64,000 nucleotides of DNA, taken from assembly GCA_018238625.1 (NCBI GenBank), contig JABCSY010000005.1, positions 16,746 through 80,745 of the forward strand, in the 5' to 3' direction. Source of the stretch: Promethearchaeota archaeon (GTDB taxonomy: Archaea > Asgardarchaeota > Lokiarchaeia > Sigyniarchaeales > SOKP01). Each line of letters opens with the position of its first letter. Positions within the stretch are counted from its first letter, which is position 1. The notes under the pieces are model-generated. The model did no database searches. It saw only the letters and a program-made list of their open reading frames with translations, and was not told the origin of the DNA. Both the position numbers and the translations under genes were made by a program. This document shows, piece by piece, positions 59,250-64,000 of this stretch.

Positions 59250-62200
59250 TAAACCGACCTCGTGTCTCCTTCGACGTATCGTTTAAATCTATCAAAAATT
59301 TTAGAATACATCTCGAACATTTCTTTGCTGCGCTTTTCTACGCCTTCTTTTTCGAAAGATATTTTATCGCAATGAGTAAGGAAATCGGTCAATTGGTCGT
59401 CAGAAAATGGAAAACCTTCTACTTTTGATATGGAGACAATAAATTTAACAATATTGTCGTCATTGATCGCGGTATTAACGCTGTAGTAAGAGTTATATGT
59501 GGCGCGAAGGAACTTTCTAAGCAAATCTTTGCCGGTTCTAAGCGATTTTTCGAATTCTTTATTTTTAATAGATTGGTGCATTTTAAAATGTTCATAATAC
59601 AAGATCGGTGCGAAATGCTCGGTAAAAGCGTTCTTTAAGTTTTTAGCGTTAATTATTTTTCCATGTGAAAAGCTCTCAGAATTGTTCGAATTGTCTGAAT
59701 TGTCTGAATTATCGGAAATATCAGAGTTGTTTGAAATATTGGATTCTACATCTAACGGTTCGTAGGATATTTCCGCTTTTCTCTGGACTTCGTAATAGTC
59801 TTCTAAAGCTTCGCCGTAGTGTGGTCCGACAGCGAAAGAAGTTTGTAAGGATTCAGAACCGCTCGCCCGTTTAGGATGGCTCTCAATTAAGTATCGATGT
59901 TTCACTAAAATTTCGAAAGTTTTGTTTTTAATCTCTTTTTCTCTTTTTTTATCTTTAGTTACCTTCAAAATATACGGGTGAAGCCATTGCGTTAGCTCTT
60001 TCTTAATTTTTTGCTCGTAAAGGTTTCCTATTTGGTCTAACTTTTTTAAGTTGTTTAAGAAGCCTATTATCCCCTCGATCAATACGCTATATTCTCCGAA
60101 ATCTTTTTGGAACAAAGTTTTTTCTGCTCTTTGGATTATTCGCTTTTCAGCGTTCTCCAAGTCGTACCCTTGCTTTTTCATGTAGGCAACTATTTCTTTC
60201 CAAGATAGAAGTTTAGTTTCTCTCAAACCTTTCAAGTCGAATTCTACGGGAAAAGGTTGGTATATGTCTTCTCGTTTAACCACGGCTTCGTCTTTTTTCA
60301 TGCTTGCGATGTACTTCAATTGGTAGCCCTCGTTTCTACTGCGACTATAATACCCTTGCCCGTGAAGGGACTCTAAGTTCATTAGAGGGCCAAGCATCGC
60401 GCTATCTCTTTTATCGGTCGCCTTAAAAGTAATTAAGTTCTCGAAGTAATTGAACGCGTTAGGGTGTATATGCCTTACTTGAGAAGCCGAGCAGATCATC
60501 CCAAATCCTTTTTGTGTGAACGGTTCGAGAAATTTATCGATTATACCGTAATTAACTTTTTTGTCTATAAAAAATCCGTCAAAAACCACATCTAAGTGCG
60601 GTACAATTAGGAATTTAGGATAATAAGCCCTTTCGGTCCGTAGATAATGGATAAATTTAGAAAGAACGACGAACGTAAAGTAGCATTGCTTGTCGTAGTT
60701 CTTAACTCCCGAAAAATCAATAATGACCGTCTTATCATGGGTTAGTATTTCGTAAGATGGATTAATTTCTTGCTTGTTTTGTTGATTTTGCATAAAGTCC
60801 ATGTCATTGGGGGTGAACTCGTTAAAAAACAATTGAATCGAGTCGGTAATAGGCGACTTTTCCCATTGGTTCATAGTATCTAGGCCTAAAGTTAATGTAG
60901 AAACATCTATATTGGGATTACGCACAATACTTTTTTTAAACGCTTCGATCGTCCTCTCGTCTTTTTTGAAGCACAACGCGAAAGCGTCGAACATGTAATT
61001 TAAATAGCCTATATTGTCTTTATCGTAAGGGACTTCTGAGAAAAGAGGGTTAACCAAAAATGTTTTGCCCGCTTTGAGGTGTAAAAACTTATCTTCGTAC
61101 ATCGTGCCTTTGAAAACGCGCAGTAATTTAGACCAATTTCCGGTGAAATCGAAGATCACGGATGGATATCCCGCCTTCACTAGTTCAGAAACGATCTTCT
61201 GGCACAGCGCTTCCCTGCTCGAATTTGTTCCGTTGAGCACGATTAAATTTCGCAATTGCTCTAGAGTAAACCCCATAGGAACTTCGTGTTCTAAGAACTC
61301 GGTGTTTATTGTGTGCCCGACCGTTATAAAGTTAGTCAAGTGTAGGGGTGTGTTAAATTCCGCGGCTAACCTCGTCTCAACTCCTTTTTTGAGCTGGTTG
61401 GAAATCTCGGTTATGAACAAAAGAGTTTTTCCTTGAAACAGCAAGTAACTCAAGTGGGTACCGTTCCTCCTGAAGAATTTGTTTTTAAAAGTTTCGAACA
61501 ATAGTCCCGATTCTAACTCGTTATTCCTAAGTTGCTTTAGCTCGTAATTAACGAAAAATTGATTGAAGCTTTTTCTCAATACTAAACTTTGATTTTTTAA
61601 CTTTTGCTCTATATCGCCAACTATCTCGTAGTTAATAACAGGAGCATTCGAGATCGCCGAAGTGGAATAAATTATAACGGTGCTCCAAATACCCGAGCGC
61701 GAACTTAACCACTTCCTTCCATCTATGACCGTTTCCGTTCTCATTAACAATTTTTTCTGTTCCATGTCCTTTAGGAACTTAAAACCTTCTTTATCGAACT
61801 GATGAAACGTTAAAGGAGTTAGTTGAATCGTGGCTGTAAAAGGCATTTTCTCGCGGATAAGAGCTTCGTAAAACTTACTAGCAGAACAAAAGGGTGGGGG
61901 ATAAGTGAAATACAAGTTATTAATTTTTATCCCTCCGATCATTTTTCCTTCGACCTGATAAAAAATAGTCTCTGGCGCTTTCGATACCTTAAAAAACTTA
62001 ACCTCGCTAAAAGGGTCGAAAATTTGGATGTCGTTCGATTCAAATAGCTTGCTTTTAATCAGAAAGAAAAATAGTTCCCGCCACCAAATTAATAATATTA
62101 CCGTAAGAATTGCAAAAGTTCCTAAAAATTGTATTACTATAGGTAAATTAAATACTAATAACAACCGATCCAAACATATTACGATTGCCAAAACATAGCT

Positions 62201-63067
62201 TGCTTTGAGTATCTTTGGAATTGTCTTAGACTTCACAGTTTCGCAACTAATTCTATCCGAATCCTCCTTAATTTCTACGTCTTGCTTTAAAACTGCGGTT
62301 CTATAGGCGCTTACTAACGCTTTTTCTGAAAGCTGAGCGACGTTAAAGTGGTGGAAGTTGGAAGCAAACGCAGATTTTAAAGAAATTGCGTATTCTTTGA
62401 GCTCTTCGACCATATTAACCAACCTCGATTTGGTAATTCTTCCTTTAACGTTGTAAAAAGTGGTAAAGTAAATTATAGTCTCAAAGGTAGTGGAATCAGA
62501 GCCGTTTCCATTGTTACTTGTTTGAAGCGGTCTTTGGATTATTTGATAAGAAAATGGCACTTTTAGCGCGTGTAATCCTTTATAGAACCGGTTTAAGTTA
62601 GCAAGAACATTTTCCGGAAGCACTTTTATCCTAAAAATCCTAACTCCAGTAGTGCTGAGCTCTTTGCGATTCGTATAAAACAACACAGACTTATCGTATT
62701 TTGTCTTCCAGAAGACAAAGTCTCCAAAAGGGTCAAACGATCGAGAACCAAACGCGTGCTGCAAGCTAAAGAAGTTTTTATGGAACGTCATAACAAAACT
62801 AAGTAATACTATCCCAGCAATTCCTATCGATAGCGCGAGGTTATAAGTCGCGTAAAGCGTGGAAGCGAATAATAACAGCCCAATTAATACTAAGGAAGTC
62901 GCTTTGAGAACCGTTTCTCTAGAGTTAACATCCTTGTAAGAAGGGTTGACCTTCCATATGTCCAAATATGCTTCTTTATCCTCTTTCTTTTCGTTATCGT
63001 CGGTATTTGGTCTAAAATTATTGTAGTTATTTGAACCTTTCAAAAAATCTCCATAAGATTTTACCAT
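59249..63067 (-). CDS. large membrane-associated VirB4/HerA-like protein with degenerate Walker motifs
   Basis: N-terminal TM pairs; IVLNGTNSSRE at the Walker A position, VIFDFTGNW, TVIIDFS, FLIVPHLD at the Walker B position, SASQ, ENLITFK. Confidence 0.65.
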   Translation of the reverse strand: MVKSYGDFLKGSNNYNNFRPNTDDNEKKEDKEAYLDIWKVNPSYKDVNSRETVLKATSLVLIGLLLFASTLYATYNLALSIGIAGIVLLSFVMTFHKNFFSLQHAFGSRSFDPFGDFVFWKTKYDKSVLFYTNRKELSTTGVRIFRIKVLPENVLANLNRFYKGLHALKVPFSYQIIQRPLQTSNNGNGSDSTTFETIIYFTTFYNVKGRITKSRLVNMVEELKEYAISLKSAFASNFHHFNVAQLSEKALVSAYRTAVLKQDVEIKEDSDRISCETVKSKTIPKILKASYVLAIVICLDRLLLVFNLPIVIQFLGTFAILTVILLIWWRELFFFLIKSKLFESNDIQIFDPFSEVKFFKVSKAPETIFYQVEGKMIGGIKINNLYFTYPPPFCSASKFYEALIREKMPFTATIQLTPLTFHQFDKEGFKFLKDMEQKKLLMRTETVIDGRKWLSSRSGIWSTVIIYSTSAISNAPVINYEIVGDIEQKLKNQSLVLRKSFNQFFVNYELKQLRNNELESGLLFETFKNKFFRRNGTHLSYLLFQGKTLLFITEISNQLKKGVETRLAAEFNTPLHLTNFITVGHTINTEFLEHEVPMGFTLEQLRNLIVLNGTNSSREALCQKIVSELVKAGYPSVIFDFTGNWSKLLRVFKGTMYEDKFLHLKAGKTFLVNPLFSEVPYDKDNIGYLNYMFDAFALCFKKDERTIEAFKKSIVRNPNIDVSTLTLGLDTMNQWEKSPITDSIQLFFNEFTPNDMDFMQNQQNKQEINPSYEILTHDKTVIIDFSGVKNYDKQCYFTFVVLSKFIHYLRTERAYYPKFLIVPHLDVVFDGFFIDKKVNYGIIDKFLEPFTQKGFGMICSASQVRHIHPNAFNYFENLITFKATDKRDSAMLGPLMNLESLHGQGYYSRSRNEGYQLKYIASMKKDEAVVKREDIYQPFPVEFDLKGLRETKLLSWKEIVAYMKKQGYDLENAEKRIIQRAEKTLFQKDFGEYSVLIEGIIGFLNNLKKLDQIGNLYEQKIKKELTQWLHPYILKVTKDKKREKEIKNKTFEILVKHRYLIESHPKRASGSESLQTSFAVGPHYGEALEDYYEVQRKAEISYEPLDVESNISNNSDISDNSDNSDNSNNSESFSHGKIINAKNLKNAFTEHFAPILYYEHFKMHQSIKNKEFEKSLRTGKDLLRKFLRATYNSYYSVNTAINDDNIVKFIVSISKVEGFPFSDDQLTDFLTHCDKISFEKEGVEKRSKEMFEMYSKIFDRFKRYVEGDTRSV
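59679..59741. repeat. 7 x 9-bp degenerate tandem repeat encoding a S-(D/N)-(N/I) linker
   Basis: GAATTGTCT-like units; protein SNISNNSDISDNSDNSDNSNNS. Confidence 0.8.
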
Positions 63068-63088
63068 TTTTTATTTTCTCCTTTTTTT

Positions 63089-63952
63089 TTACTTTAGCCT
63101 GTTGTTAGCAAAATAAGTTTTATTTACGAAATATAACAAAATAATAGCCCCAAAACAAACGAGCAAGTAGTAGCTAACGGCCACTGACAAGAATCCGTAC
63201 ATCAAGGCCTCGATTAAACACACGCTTCCGACCATGGCAAACAATAGCGTAATGCCTATAATCAAAAATTGTCCGACTTGATCCTTCGATTGCTTGTAAG
63301 AAATGTTATCCTTTAAAGAGCCCGATATGACGATTTTTCCACCTTTTTTTTGCTCGATACTTTGCCTTATGGTTTTGAGCTGTAGGATTTTCTCGAACGC
63401 ATTCTTGTCGAACCGTTTGTTTAACTGATATTGCAGCGTTTTTTCTTCTTGTTTAAACTTGTGGAGCAAAATCGGGTTAAATGCGCTCATTTCTCTATCC
63501 TTTCCACCTTTCCCGCCTGAAAGAAAAGAGAACATGGAGATCGTACGATTTCTATCAATAATGTCCGAGTTGATGCTGTTATGTAAGTTAGGAACTTCTA
63601 ACTTGCGAAGCTCGTAATAAACTTCGAACATATCCTTAATGTATTCAAAGCGAAGCTCACCTTGCTTTTTTAAGAACAAAAGTTCAATTTTTTTTAATAC
63701 TTCGATTAATTCCAGTCTAAACACGTGAACTTTAAAGTTTAACCTAAAAATCTTGTTTACGAGCTCTAAATACTCGAATATTTTTTCTCCCGCGTTTTTT
63801 TCTCTTGGGCGCACCCCTAATTTGATTCCAATTTCGTCGACTGCGTTGCTCGTAAGAACGAAGCTCACTACCGCTAGCTTTTTGTAGTTGCGAGTTTCTT
63901 TACAGAGCTGGATCAACCGTTTGAGCTTTAAGTCTAACAATTGCTCGTTCAT
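63089..63952 (-). CDS. hypothetical protein with two C-terminal TM helices; first visible gene of the VirB4-like operon
   Basis: 287-aa ORF, 21-nt gap to the next gene. Confidence 0.7.
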   Translation of the reverse strand: MNEQLLDLKLKRLIQLCKETRNYKKLAVVSFVLTSNAVDEIGIKLGVRPREKNAGEKIFEYLELVNKIFRLNFKVHVFRLELIEVLKKIELLFLKKQGELRFEYIKDMFEVYYELRKLEVPNLHNSINSDIIDRNRTISMFSFLSGGKGGKDREMSAFNPILLHKFKQEEKTLQYQLNKRFDKNAFEKILQLKTIRQSIEQKKGGKIVISGSLKDNISYKQSKDQVGQFLIIGITLLFAMVGSVCLIEALMYGFLSVAVSYYLLVCFGAIILLYFVNKTYFANNRLK

Positions 63953-64000
63953 TTTGTTACTTTCGCCCCCGACCTGGACCCCGATAAAATCTACCCCGGC

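Noticed and set aside
389-62047. Many short antisense or nested ORFs in the track (e.g. 389-670, 1153-1488, 10059-10370, 28400-28717, 53684-54046, 57532-57951, 61065-61436)
   Set aside because: Shadow frames of well-supported genes, with no motifs of their own
63960-64000. GC-rich window end as a tRNA or att site
   Set aside because: Only 40 nt visible; no cloverleaf arm or T-loop motif can be supported

Overview
AT-rich (about 30% GC by eye) archaeal chromosomal window, most consistent with an Asgard archaeon of the Lokiarchaeia. This is inferred from paired Roadblock/LC7 genes, IPGY-TM-basic (Loki-CTERM-like) C-termini, an archaeal-type MetRS and oligo-T terminators. Positions 1-20 kb are mostly core-like: hydrolases, two Roadblock genes, a 1388-aa surface protein, an M20 peptidase, a vWA plus double zinc-finger protein, metG, a divergent RtcB-fold enzyme and a BrxD-like ATPase. 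This part also holds a complete tnpB-only IS200/IS605 element whose ends, TAM and guide can be read directly. Positions 20-53 kb are an accessory patchwork: a mosaic array of beta-helix surface proteins, PIN toxin remnants, a TusA/DsrEFH/DsrE2 sulfur-relay cluster with an unannotated 37-aa peptide, and transporters. It also has a PAS histidine kinase and a response regulator whose frame extends into a hidden ribbon-helix-helix domain, next to two homologous promoters with phased TACYRGTA palindromes. Positions 53-64 kb hold a GNAT/ThiF group and an operon with a large VirB4/HerA-like protein whose Walker motifs are degenerate. No rRNA, tRNA or CRISPR array was seen. All family calls come from reading motifs by eye, with no database search.
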